NCBI GenBank assembly: GCA_964545065.1
Contig: CAZJEO010000001.1
Span: forward strand, 53,338 to 117,337
Source: Candidatus Woesearchaeota archaeon
Lineage (GTDB): Archaea; Nanobdellota; Nanobdellia; Pacearchaeales; GW2011-AR1
Reading direction: 5' to 3'
Length of the DNA: 64,000 nt
Shown here: positions 34,717-43,218 of the stretch, piece by piece
Layout of the letters: each line of letters begins with the position of its first letter
How positions within the stretch are numbered: position 1 is the stretch's first letter
Translations under genes and position numbers: made by a program
The notes under the pieces: generated by a model
Databases searched by the model: none
What the model was told of the DNA's origin: nothing
Seen by the model: only the letters and a program-made list of their open reading frames with translations

Positions 34717-35763
34717 ATGGTAAAAGACCATTATTTACCAAGATTAATAATTAGAAATTTTACTGATTCTTCTGGAAGAATTTATCTCTTTAGTAAAAAA
34801 GATAAAAAGATTTATGGTCCTTGTGACCACTATAACCAGTTACAAAAAAATGATTTTTATAGCAAAAAAACAATAAGTGAATTAGAGGAAATATTCCCCC
34901 ATATTAAAATAAATCCAATTTTCCAAGATAAAAACTTAAACTTAGATAAAAATATTGAATTATATCTTGAAAGACCAATTGGAAAAATATTCTCAAACAT
35001 TATCGAGGAAATTCTTAAAGGAAATTTTCCAAAAGTTTCAGATGAAAATTTTAATTTGATAAAAGAATACTTTATAATCCAGCACTTAAGGACTCCTATG
35101 CAAAAAGGAATTTCTATAAAAGTTCATGATAAAACTTTAAAATTACCTTCAAACATAAAAGAGATTATTATGGAACAAGAATATCAGCGAGAAATTGATC
35201 CAAAAAATTATGTAAATAAGAATTTTTCTCATTTAAACTCAAAACAAAGAAGAGCAAAAGTTAATGAATTTCGGAAGCTCCTTAAAAAACGCCTTAAGCA
35301 AGATCCAAATTTTATCAAAAATATAAGAAACTCTAAAAAAATAGAAGAGATTCTAAACGAAGAAGTAAAAAAGTCCGAAGAAGAGCTTGAAAGAATACGA
35401 ACACATCCAGACAAACATTCTTCTGAGATTTTAGATTTTAATTTAAGAAATATCTTTTCAAAACGTGTTGATGTTAATTTGAAAGATAGAAATATAAAAT
35501 TTTTAATAAACAATACAGAAATTCCTTTTACTCTATCTGATACTGGGACAATGATGATCTATTGGAATTATGGAATTAAAAAAGAATTGCATCTTTATTT
35601 ACCAATTCATTCAAAAATTTTGATAGAATTTTCACAAGATTCAGAAAAAATGAAATTAGTAGATGAAGATTTTGTCAAGGAGATTAATAATCTCAGTGAA
35701 GATGATTCTCTTATCAATGTGTATTCATCTGATTTAGAAGCATTAAAATTGTTAACCAAATAA
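34717..35763 (+). CDS. DUF4238-like protein
   Basis: The N-terminal HYLPRLIIRNF resembles the HxVPxxYLxxF signature I associate with DUF4238. The rest is Lys/Asn-rich. ATG lies 3 nt after the hisS stop. Confidence 0.5.
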   Translation: MVKDHYLPRLIIRNFTDSSGRIYLFSKKDKKIYGPCDHYNQLQKNDFYSKKTISELEEIFPHIKINPIFQDKNLNLDKNIELYLERPIGKIFSNIIEEILKGNFPKVSDENFNLIKEYFIIQHLRTPMQKGISIKVHDKTLKLPSNIKEIIMEQEYQREIDPKNYVNKNFSHLNSKQRRAKVNEFRKLLKKRLKQDPNFIKNIRNSKKIEEILNEEVKKSEEELERIRTHPDKHSSEILDFNLRNIFSKRVDVNLKDRNIKFLINNTEIPFTLSDTGTMMIYWNYGIKKELHLYLPIHSKILIEFSQDSEKMKLVDEDFVKEINNLSEDDSLINVYSSDLEALKLLTK

Positions 35764-35770
35764 ACCATAA

Positions 35771-35841
35771 TCATTTAACTTTAATTTCCATCTTCCAACT
35801 ATCCCCTTCTCCCCAGATGATTTTGGACTCTTTTCAAAATG
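35771..35841 (-). pseudogene. relic 3' end of a Dph6-like gene
   Basis: The minus-strand reading ..FEKSPKSSGEKGDSWKMEIKVK* parallels the C-terminus ..FKKSLKIKSKEIFGEKNSWRMEIKVF* of 36179..36847. DNA at 35779..35841 is similar to 36187..36249 (22/24 identical at the start). Confidence 0.65.
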
Positions 35842-35890
35842 TATTTCCTTTTATACATTTTTTTATAAACTATGGATTTATTATAAAAAG

Positions 35891-36172
35891 ATGGTAGATA
35901 AAATAGATTGTGTTGAGAGAGGAGATTTAGTCGAGCTTGTTCTTAAGGTAAATGCTCGGAAAATTTTAGAAGCGCAAGAAATTTTTGTTCTAGATAGAAG
36001 TGGCGGAACTAATACTCCTGGAAGGCGTTATGTGGGTTATACAGTTGAAGTTACATCCGATTCTATCTCTTTGGCTCAAGGTTGGGACGAGATAAATGAT
36101 AAAATTCCAGACAGGATTGGAGGAACTCGATTTTATTTTAATGCTATAGAGGTTTATTCTAAGAAAGAATAG
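35891..36172 (+). CDS. hypothetical protein (93 aa)
   Basis: ORF bracketed by the Dph6 3' relic and the intact Dph6-like gene. No recognised motif. Confidence 0.45.
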   Translation: MVDKIDCVERGDLVELVLKVNARKILEAQEIFVLDRSGGTNTPGRRYVGYTVEVTSDSISLAQGWDEINDKIPDRIGGTRFYFNAIEVYSKKE

Positions 36173-36178
36173 ATTAAA

Positions 36179-36847
36179 CTAAAAAACTTTAATTTCCATT
36201 CTCCAACTATTTTTCTCCCCAAATATTTCCTTGCTCTTTATCTTCAATGATTTTTTGAATAATGGACAATCTAAAACAAAGGTTTCGAATTCTCCGCCTT
36301 CTCCTGCTTCGTGGATTTTGTATTTCTCGTTAAGAATTTTTACATCTTCAATAAATTCTTGGTTGATTTCTCTTCCGAGCCAAGATTCATCTAAAGGGTA
36401 TGCTGCCACCCCAATGATAATTATTTTGAAATTGTTTTTTACGAGTTCATTCAAGTATTCTATTTCATTTTTTTGCCATAATGGATTGAAACATTTTAAA
36501 TCAAGTTTATCACAAATCTTTTGGATTCTTGTGGCTTGGTAAACACTTCTTAATGCTCCTGTTACGATTGTATCGATTTGAAATTCTTGTTTTGCTTTTT
36601 CAATTGCATCTTCTAAATCTTGGAGCTCGATTTCTTTTTCTCCTTTTGTTTTGTGAATCAATAATGGAATGTCTATAACTTCTGCTTGTTTTTCTGTAGC
36701 TGTCATAGAAGGAGTGTGGAACATGTAACTATGGGGATTTTCCGACCTTATTGAAATAAGACAAGCTAATTCATATCCTGCTTGCTTTGCTAAATAAGCT
36801 GAATAACACGAATCTTTTCCGCCGGAGAATAGGATGGCTGCTTTCAT
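36179..36847 (-). CDS. diphthine-ammonia ligase-like PP-loop ATPase (Dph6/MJ0570 family)
   Basis: AILFSGGKDS PP-loop and the EAGEGGEFETFVLD C-terminal motif. Confidence 0.8.
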   Translation of the reverse strand: MKAAILFSGGKDSCYSAYLAKQAGYELACLISIRSENPHSYMFHTPSMTATEKQAEVIDIPLLIHKTKGEKEIELQDLEDAIEKAKQEFQIDTIVTGALRSVYQATRIQKICDKLDLKCFNPLWQKNEIEYLNELVKNNFKIIIIGVAAYPLDESWLGREINQEFIEDVKILNEKYKIHEAGEGGEFETFVLDCPLFKKSLKIKSKEIFGEKNSWRMEIKVF

Positions 36848-36931
36848 GATTTTTGGTATTGAAATTGATATATAAATTGCTCGCTTCGCTCGAGATATAA
36901 GAATTGATAATCTAAATTCGCGTTGATTTCG
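36848..36931. repeat. repeated promoter cassette, copy 3 (TATA + CTCGCTTCGCTCG-N21-AAATTCGCG)
   Basis: Near-identical to 31008..31114. The minus-strand TTTATATA (36869..36876) lies 21 nt upstream of ATG 36847. Confidence 0.7.
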
Positions 36932-37045
36932 TATAACACCCTAAATATATAAATTTTATGATAAAGATTTCGTATAATGGGTAGTTATGTACAATATTAC
37001 TCGGCAGGCATTAAATTTATATAATTCATCAAATATTTTCTACAT

Positions 37046-37591
37046 ATGGAACCGTTAAAGATAATCCAAAAGTATTACCAAATAGATTCTAAATCTTATC
37101 AATTTTTAGTAGAGCACAGCAAAGCAGTAACTAAAAAAGCTATTGAAATAGCAAAAAAAGTTCCACATCTTAATCCTGATTTGAAATTCATTGAAGAAGC
37201 TTCAATGCTACATGATATTGGAATTTTTTTAACCAATGCTCCTGACATTAATTGTTTTGGGAAAAAACCTTACATTTGTCATGGTTATCTAGGAAGAGAA
37301 ATTCTAGAACAAGAGGGTTTTTCAAAACATGCATTAGTTTGCGAAAGACATGTGGGTGTAGGAATTTCAATTAAGGATATTAAAGAACAAAAATTACCGA
37401 TTCCAAAAAGAGATATGCTTCCAATTTCAATAGAAGAACAAATAATCTGCTTTGCTGATAAATTCTTTTCTAAAAATAAGGAATTTTTGTTTAAAGAAAA
37501 AAGTCTTGATAAGATTAGAACAAGTTTATTAAAATTTGGTAATAATAAAGTGAAAATATTTGATGAATGGATTAAAAAATTTAGATACTAA
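37046..37591 (+). CDS. HD-domain phosphohydrolase
   Basis: HSKAV...MLHDIG (H..HD) and CERHVG motifs. Confidence 0.7.
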   Translation: MEPLKIIQKYYQIDSKSYQFLVEHSKAVTKKAIEIAKKVPHLNPDLKFIEEASMLHDIGIFLTNAPDINCFGKKPYICHGYLGREILEQEGFSKHALVCERHVGVGISIKDIKEQKLPIPKRDMLPISIEEQIICFADKFFSKNKEFLFKEKSLDKIRTSLLKFGNNKVKIFDEWIKKFRY

Positions 37592-37765
37592 TGCCCGCTT
37601 GCGTCATACTGTGCCTACGCTTTGCTTCGGCATTTTTTCTTGCAGAAAAAACACATAACAGCGATTAAGAGACTTCGCCTTGCAGACTCCATCCAAATTT
37701 CTCACTATGTTCGAAACTTCTCTAAATCGCGATGTTAAACATAATAAGGATTCTTCTTATTAAAA

Positions 37766-38737
37766 TTAAATCCCCCCAATCGGATCACTAAATTCTTCAT
37801 CAACTTTTTTAACTCTTTCTTGATCTAGCTCTTTAAGTTCTTCTTCAAGTTCTGCTTTTAGTTCTGCAAAAGGATCTTCATTGTGTTTAAGGAAAACATC
37901 TTTGAGCCAGATGTAAATTTCGTCAAAATGATTTTCTTGATGGAGCCAAATCTTTTTCTGATTTTCTAAATGCAAAAGAGGCAAGAGCGAGATTATTTTT
38001 TCTTCTCTATCTTCCCCAATCAATTCATTAATTGAGATTTTTTTCTTTATTTCTTCGTCTTGTAAATGCTTGAAGAGTTTATTATAAAGTTCTTTCATTT
38101 TGTCCTTGGTACTGAATTTCTTTTTTGGAAGTGAGAAAGAACTTTTTCTTACAGCGTTATTGTTGATTGTTATTTTTTGGATTCTTCTATTTTCTGTTGT
38201 AATTGCCTTGTTTAATGATTCAATTAATTCTTGTAATGTTACTTTTTTGAATCTTGGAATCGGACTTCTTAGAACGAGCTCTGGAATTTCTTCATCAAGT
38301 TCTATTCTTTCTAAAGCGTATTTTTTCTCTTCTTTTTTTCCAAATAGAATTTCATCTATGCTTTTTATGTAGGTATTTAGAAGAATTTCTGATTTAATCT
38401 TCAAAAATAATGATGCTGCGAGCAAAACTTTACTTGAAATAAAAAAATCTGCTTCTTCCATTTTTCTTACTTTTTCGAGATATTTCTCTGACAAGATTAT
38501 AATATCAATATCCCATGCGTCCAATTGTTCTGTATTAATCAAATCATAGATGATTTCTTGCCATCCTAGCTCTCTACTAAAGAGTAAATCGTGGATTTGG
38601 TCTTGTTTTACTGAATGAAGAACCTCCTGCGGGTTCTTTCCAGCTTCTTGCTTCCGACCTTGCTCGTATTGATTGCTATGTGCTCTTGCAAAATCGCTCG
38701 GCATCCCAGTAGAAGTTGATGAATCACCTTCTTTCAT
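37766..38737 (-). CDS. scpA: segregation and condensation protein A (kleisin)
   Basis: The core LLFSRELGWQEIIYDLINTEQLDAWDIDIIILSEKYLEKV...LLAASLFLKIKSEILL is typical of ScpA. There is an unusual ~45-aa N-terminal extension. Confidence 0.75.
   Translation of the reverse strand: MKEGDSSTSTGMPSDFARAHSNQYEQGRKQEAGKNPQEVLHSVKQDQIHDLLFSRELGWQEIIYDLINTEQLDAWDIDIIILSEKYLEKVRKMEEADFFISSKVLLAASLFLKIKSEILLNTYIKSIDEILFGKKEEKKYALERIELDEEIPELVLRSPIPRFKKVTLQELIESLNKAITTENRRIQKITINNNAVRKSSFSLPKKKFSTKDKMKELYNKLFKHLQDEEIKKKISINELIGEDREEKIISLLPLLHLENQKKIWLHQENHFDEIYIWLKDVFLKHNEDPFAELKAELEEELKELDQERVKKVDEEFSDPIGGI
38618..38660. repeat. diverged copy of the intron hairpin module inside the scpA 5' region
   Basis: AAGAACCTCCTGCGGGTTCTTTCC compared with the intron AGAACCACCAGCGGGTTCTTCAC: same stem AGAACC/GGTTCT, 18/20 over the hairpin. 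+ orientation, so antisense to the scpA mRNA. Confidence 0.55.
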
Positions 38738-38770
38738 GAAATATAATGGGAATTTTATTTTATAATTGTT

Positions 38771-38805
38771 TGTAGTGCCTACATGTAAAGGAAGTGTAGT
38801 GCCTA
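38771..38805. promoter_or_regulatory. two direct TGTAGTGCCTA repeats upstream of the scpA TATA region
   Basis: 11-mers at 38771..38781 and 38795..38805 (24-nt period), directly distal to the minus-strand ATTATAAAATAAAA and about 35-70 nt upstream of ATG 38737. Confidence 0.4.
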
Positions 38806-39055
38806 ACTGAAAAATAAATTTACTACTTTAGTAGGATTACCTCTTGTCATTTTTTAAGGGTAACAAAACAGAAAGGTTTAAATAGAACTGGACATTCAAT
38901 ATTCTATCACCTCTTTTTCCCCAGGAGAAGCTTCAGGTCATCTTTTTGAAGGCTTGAAGAATCTCCCAGGGTTATATTATAATCTAGATAAACCAAAAAT
39001 GGAGGAGAGAACTTAATTGATACTGCTCCTAGGTTTTATAGTCCTTTTTTTAATA

Positions 39056-40129
39056 TTAAAGCTGTTTCATTAATTCTTTGAAATTTACTTTTGCAAGACC
39101 AATCATAGTATCTGCAGCACCATAATAGATTTTTAATTTATCTTTATCAACAACGGCTCCCTCTGGAAATACAACATCTCTTACATCGCCTTCTTTCTCC
39201 CATTTAAGCTCTGGTTTAAACAAAGGTTTGCTTAATCGATTAATTTCTGTTTCAGGATTTTTCAAATTGAGAAGTGCGGCTCCTGCAGAGTAAACCAATG
39301 GCAGTCTTTTGTTTCTAAATTTATGGACATGCCCATTAACCTTGTACATTGTTTTCTGATGGGCTGAAAATTTTTCCTTAATTAATTCAACACCATGATA
39401 AATTAAAAGCCATCCGCGTTTTGTTTTTATGGGAACAGCGCCTGCACCAATGTGCTCCGCTTCCCAATTATATCTTCTATATAATGAAATTTTATCTTCA
39501 TATTCTCCTAAATTTTCAATATACTCTTTCCAAAAAGAATCGTCCTGGAGATCTGAAAAATTTTTAAATTTTACAATTTGTATATCTGGTAAAAACCTAT
39601 GAAGCATAACAAATTTTCCATTAATTTTTTCAGGGAACAAAACAGCATCTTTATCCCACAAATAACTTTTAGATTTGGAAATTTCTTGTGTTTTCCATTT
39701 GTCTCTGTATTTTTTTATTTTCACTAATTTTCTTGCTTCTCTAATTGAAACGCGCGGACTGATTATTCCTTTTTTCTTCCAGTCTCTTAAATTTTTTGAA
39801 ACAGCATAAACAATTCCTGCATTTTTCCCGTCAAATCCAGTATATAATAAATGATATATATTTCCTATCTTTACTATCCTTGGATCTTCAACGCCTTTTT
39901 TTTCATATTTTTCTGTGGGGCGAATTAAGGGTTTAGAATTTCTTTCAATAATCTTACCGTCTTTTATTTTAACATAACCTAAGGATGAAATCTTGTTGGG
40001 TGCAACGCCCCGATAAATTAAATGCTCTATACCTTTTTCTTTTATGACTGTGGGATTTAGAACTGCGTGTGACTCCCATTTATTCTTTGTTGGTTTTAAG
40101 AATAATTCTTTTTTAACCCTTATAGCCAT
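39056..40129 (-). CDS. GH130-family glycoside phosphorylase/hydrolase (DUF377-type)
   Basis: HAVLNPTVI, GVEDPRIVKIGNIYHLLYTGFDG and YYGAADT are typical of the GH130 five-bladed propeller. Confidence 0.75.
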   Translation of the reverse strand: MAIRVKKELFLKPTKNKWESHAVLNPTVIKEKGIEHLIYRGVAPNKISSLGYVKIKDGKIIERNSKPLIRPTEKYEKKGVEDPRIVKIGNIYHLLYTGFDGKNAGIVYAVSKNLRDWKKKGIISPRVSIREARKLVKIKKYRDKWKTQEISKSKSYLWDKDAVLFPEKINGKFVMLHRFLPDIQIVKFKNFSDLQDDSFWKEYIENLGEYEDKISLYRRYNWEAEHIGAGAVPIKTKRGWLLIYHGVELIKEKFSAHQKTMYKVNGHVHKFRNKRLPLVYSAGAALLNLKNPETEINRLSKPLFKPELKWEKEGDVRDVVFPEGAVVDKDKLKIYYGAADTMIGLAKVNFKELMKQL

Positions 40130-40992
40130 CTCAATCCCTTAAAATCAAATTTAAAATTAATAACTTGGTTTTTAAATTTTTTAACAAGCTTTTTTTTATC
40201 TCCTAAAAATAAAATACTTCCCCCGCCCCCAGAACCGCAAATTTTGGCTCCGATAGCTCCGCTTTTCATCCCTGTATCAATAATTTTTTCTATTTTTGGT
40301 GGGATAATTGATTTATGCAATAATTTTCTTTCTTTTGTTTCTTCATTCATTAACTCTGCGAATTTTTCCAAATCTTTTTTTATTAAAGCATTTTTCATCT
40401 CTTTTGCAATCTTTTTTATTCTGAGTAGATTTTGGGTATTTCTTCCTTTTTTCAAATTATCCATCATGAATTTATTTGAATTTCCTGAAAAATGAGGTTT
40501 TCCTGTATAGACCAGTACAAGATTATTTTCGAACTTTCTTATAAAACTTTTATTAAGATTTAATCTTGTTACCTTAACATTTTCTCCTTTAAATTCTAAA
40601 AAATTTATTCCTCCAAAAGCTGCTGCATATTGATCTTGTTTTCCTCCGACCAATCCGATTCCCTGTTCTAATGAATAAACTCTGTCTGCTAATTCTTTTT
40701 TAGTTTTGAAAGTAATGCCTCCTTTTTTCTTTAATTTTATTTGGGAGATTAAAGCGAGCCAGACAAGATTCATAACTCCTGATGTGCCGAGGCCAGAAGA
40801 AGTGGGGGTATTGCCGGTATATTCTAAATGGACTTTTTCATTTGTTTTGATTATGCTTCCAGTAACATATCTATTAATGCAGGCGTTTAGGACTGCTCCG
40901 CCGTGCTTGTGGGTGAATGGATAAATGTCTGTGGTTCCTCCTCCAAAATCAATTCTTACTGGCGCTATCACCTTCTTTATCGCCTCTTTCAT
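40120..40992 (-). CDS. GHMP-family sugar kinase
   Basis: APVRIDFGGGTTD and the GHMP motif PTSSGLGTSGV. Confidence 0.75.
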   Translation of the reverse strand: MKEAIKKVIAPVRIDFGGGTTDIYPFTHKHGGAVLNACINRYVTGSIIKTNEKVHLEYTGNTPTSSGLGTSGVMNLVWLALISQIKLKKKGGITFKTKKELADRVYSLEQGIGLVGGKQDQYAAAFGGINFLEFKGENVKVTRLNLNKSFIRKFENNLVLVYTGKPHFSGNSNKFMMDNLKKGRNTQNLLRIKKIAKEMKNALIKKDLEKFAELMNEETKERKLLHKSIIPPKIEKIIDTGMKSGAIGAKICGSGGGGSILFLGDKKKLVKKFKNQVINFKFDFKGLRWL

Positions 40993-41093
40993 AGATATAA
41001 TTGCTAAGTTTATTTTAAATATTCTTTGTTTATCTGGTAAAATTATAGAAACTTTTAAATAATAGATTCGTTTAATAATATAAAGAGGAGAAA

Positions 41094-41843
41094 ATGTTTA
41101 ATCTAACAGGAAAAATAGCTATTGTTACTGGTTCTGCGAGGGGAATTGGACAATCTATTGCAGTGGAATTGGCAAGACAGGGGGCTAATGTGGTTGTTAC
41201 TGATATTATTTCTGGGGATGCAACTGTCAATAAAATTAGAGCATTAAAAAGAAAATCTTTTTTTGTTAAGGTGGATGTTTCTAAGAAAGAGGAAATTGAG
41301 AATGTTGTTATGGAGACTATTAAGAAATTCAGAAAGATTGATATTCTTGTGAATAATGCAGGAATTTTCAAGCCAAGTCCGAGCGAAAATTTAAGTGAAG
41401 AAGATTGGGAAAAAACAATTGATGTTAATTTAAAGGGTTATTTTTTGTTTGTTCAAGCTGTTGGGAAATATATGTTAAAGAAAAAGAAAGGATGTATAAT
41501 TAATATTGCTTCTGTTGCTGGGATAATGGGATATGCTCAAGCAGTAGCTTATTGTGCAAGCAAGGGTGGAATAAATTTATTAACAAAGTCATTGGCAGCA
41601 GAATGGTCTCCATTGGGAATTAGGGTGAATAGTATTTGTCCGGGAATAATAGAAACAGCGATGACAAAAGACATTCTTGCAGATAAAAAAACAAAACAAG
41701 GAATGATAATGAAAGTTCCATTAAGGAGAACAGGCAAACCAATAGATATTGCTGGAGGAGCAGTCTTTTTAGCATCAGATGCTTCGTCGTATATAACAGG
41801 ACAAGAATTAGTTATAGATGGTGGCTGGACTTCTGCTTTGTAA
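41094..41843 (+). CDS. short-chain dehydrogenase/reductase (FabG-like)
   Basis: TGSARGIG, NNAG, YCASKGG. Confidence 0.9.
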   Translation: MFNLTGKIAIVTGSARGIGQSIAVELARQGANVVVTDIISGDATVNKIRALKRKSFFVKVDVSKKEEIENVVMETIKKFRKIDILVNNAGIFKPSPSENLSEEDWEKTIDVNLKGYFLFVQAVGKYMLKKKKGCIINIASVAGIMGYAQAVAYCASKGGINLLTKSLAAEWSPLGIRVNSICPGIIETAMTKDILADKKTKQGMIMKVPLRRTGKPIDIAGGAVFLASDASSYITGQELVIDGGWTSAL

Positions 41844-41845
41844 AT

Positions 41846-42481
41846 TTAGGAACAGAGTTCTCTTAATTTTTTCTCAGGATTTTTAGCTTTTGTTATTGCA
41901 GAAGATATGGCTATTCCAGAAGCTCCTAGCTTCATTGCTATCTTAACGTCTTCCTTATTATGAATTCCTGCTCCAACAATGAATTTTGTTTTTAACTCTT
42001 TAGCAATTTTTTCAATTAAATCTGGCTTGGCCTTGGAAACTGAAACTTTTCCTCCAACTAATTCAGGCGGTTCGATTATAAGGTAATCTGGTTTTAATTT
42101 TTTTATCTTTTTAGCCTCTGTTAAATTCTTTGCAAAGACTGCTGTCTTTAGATTTAGATTTTTGCATCTTTTAATTGTCTTTTTTAGAACTGAAAATTTC
42201 AGAGGATGTTCTGAATGATTTAGGAATGTTCCTTTAGCTCTGTCTTTTTTTATAGCTTCAGGTAAAATAGAACCTGTGTGTTTTCCTGGCTTAAAAAAAT
42301 CAAGATGCTGGCTATAAACTCGTAGTTTGGTTGCTTTTGCAATTTCATAAATATCAGATGCCTGCACACCGACGATAATATTCTTATCAACCTTCTCTAT
42401 TTTCTTAGCTAATGCGATAGCTTTCTTACCTTGCTGATATGTTTTAAAATTTATTACGATTAGAGGTTTCATTATTTCCAA
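41846..42481 (-). CDS. tpiA: triosephosphate isomerase (short archaeal type)
   Basis: 211 aa. INFKTY, LNHSEH, and IEPPELVGG / VGAGI motifs. Confidence 0.8.
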   Translation of the reverse strand: MEIMKPLIVINFKTYQQGKKAIALAKKIEKVDKNIIVGVQASDIYEIAKATKLRVYSQHLDFFKPGKHTGSILPEAIKKDRAKGTFLNHSEHPLKFSVLKKTIKRCKNLNLKTAVFAKNLTEAKKIKKLKPDYLIIEPPELVGGKVSVSKAKPDLIEKIAKELKTKFIVGAGIHNKEDVKIAMKLGASGIAISSAITKAKNPEKKLRELCS

Positions 42482-43218
42482 AGAATCTTTTTGATTTTAT
42501 TTGTGATTTTCAATGGCTCTTTGCTTTGCCAGACATTTCTTCCGATTGCTAATCCGATTGTTCCCGCTTTTATAATTTCTCTTACTTGTTTTAATAAAAC
42601 TTTTTCTGTTTTTTTCATTCCTCCAGAGATAACAATTTTTGTTTTGCCAGCAGATTTAACTGCCCAGCTCAAATCTTTTGGGTTTCCAGAATATTTTATT
42701 TTTATCATATCTGCGCCAATTTCAAGCCCTACTCTCGCGGCATAAGCCATTAATTCTTTGTTTGATTTTCTTTTTACTGCTTTCCCTCTTGGATAAATCC
42801 AGGCAATTGTAGGAAGATTTTGTTTATGAGCTTGTCTTTGTATTTTTTCAAATTCTTGCATCATGATTGTTTCATGCTGGCTTCCGATATAAATTGTGTA
42901 ACCAACTGCAGAAGCTCCAAGTTTAACCGCTTCTTGGACTGTGCATAATTGTCTTGAGACTGGCTCTCCTTTTACGAGATTTGTTTTGCCATTTAATTTT
43001 ACTATAAGAGGAACTTTGCTGTTTACTATTTCTTTTTTGTATTTTTTTGCAATTCCTTTTTGGAGAATGATTCCAGTATACTTTCCTTTTTTTGCTATGT
43101 CAATTATGTATTTGGGGTCAACATTCTTATCATTAAAATCTGTTGGACCGTGTTCTAAACCCTGATCATAAGCAAGGAAAAGCCCTTTTCCTTTTCGTAA
43201 GATTTTGTTTAAATTCAT
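42472..43218 (-). CDS. fba: class I fructose-bisphosphate aldolase (archaeal DhnA/FbaB type)
   Basis: LAYDQGLEHGP; the Schiff-base region MIKIKY; 248 aa. Confidence 0.75.
   Translation of the reverse strand: MNLNKILRKGKGLFLAYDQGLEHGPTDFNDKNVDPKYIIDIAKKGKYTGIILQKGIAKKYKKEIVNSKVPLIVKLNGKTNLVKGEPVSRQLCTVQEAVKLGASAVGYTIYIGSQHETIMMQEFEKIQRQAHKQNLPTIAWIYPRGKAVKRKSNKELMAYAARVGLEIGADMIKIKYSGNPKDLSWAVKSAGKTKIVISGGMKKTEKVLLKQVREIIKAGTIGLAIGRNVWQSKEPLKITNKIKKILWK

Noticed and set aside
37591-37659. 22-aa ORF MPACVILCLRFASAFFLAEKTH overlapping the HD-gene stop codon.
   Set aside because: It is very short, with no promoter or SD context. It lies in a region better explained by RNA or terminator structure.
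38771-38805. Possible miniature CRISPR array (repeated GTAGTGCCTA).
   Set aside because: There are only two 11-nt copies with a 13-nt spacer, and no further repeats or cas genes. The position fits a promoter-proximal operator better.
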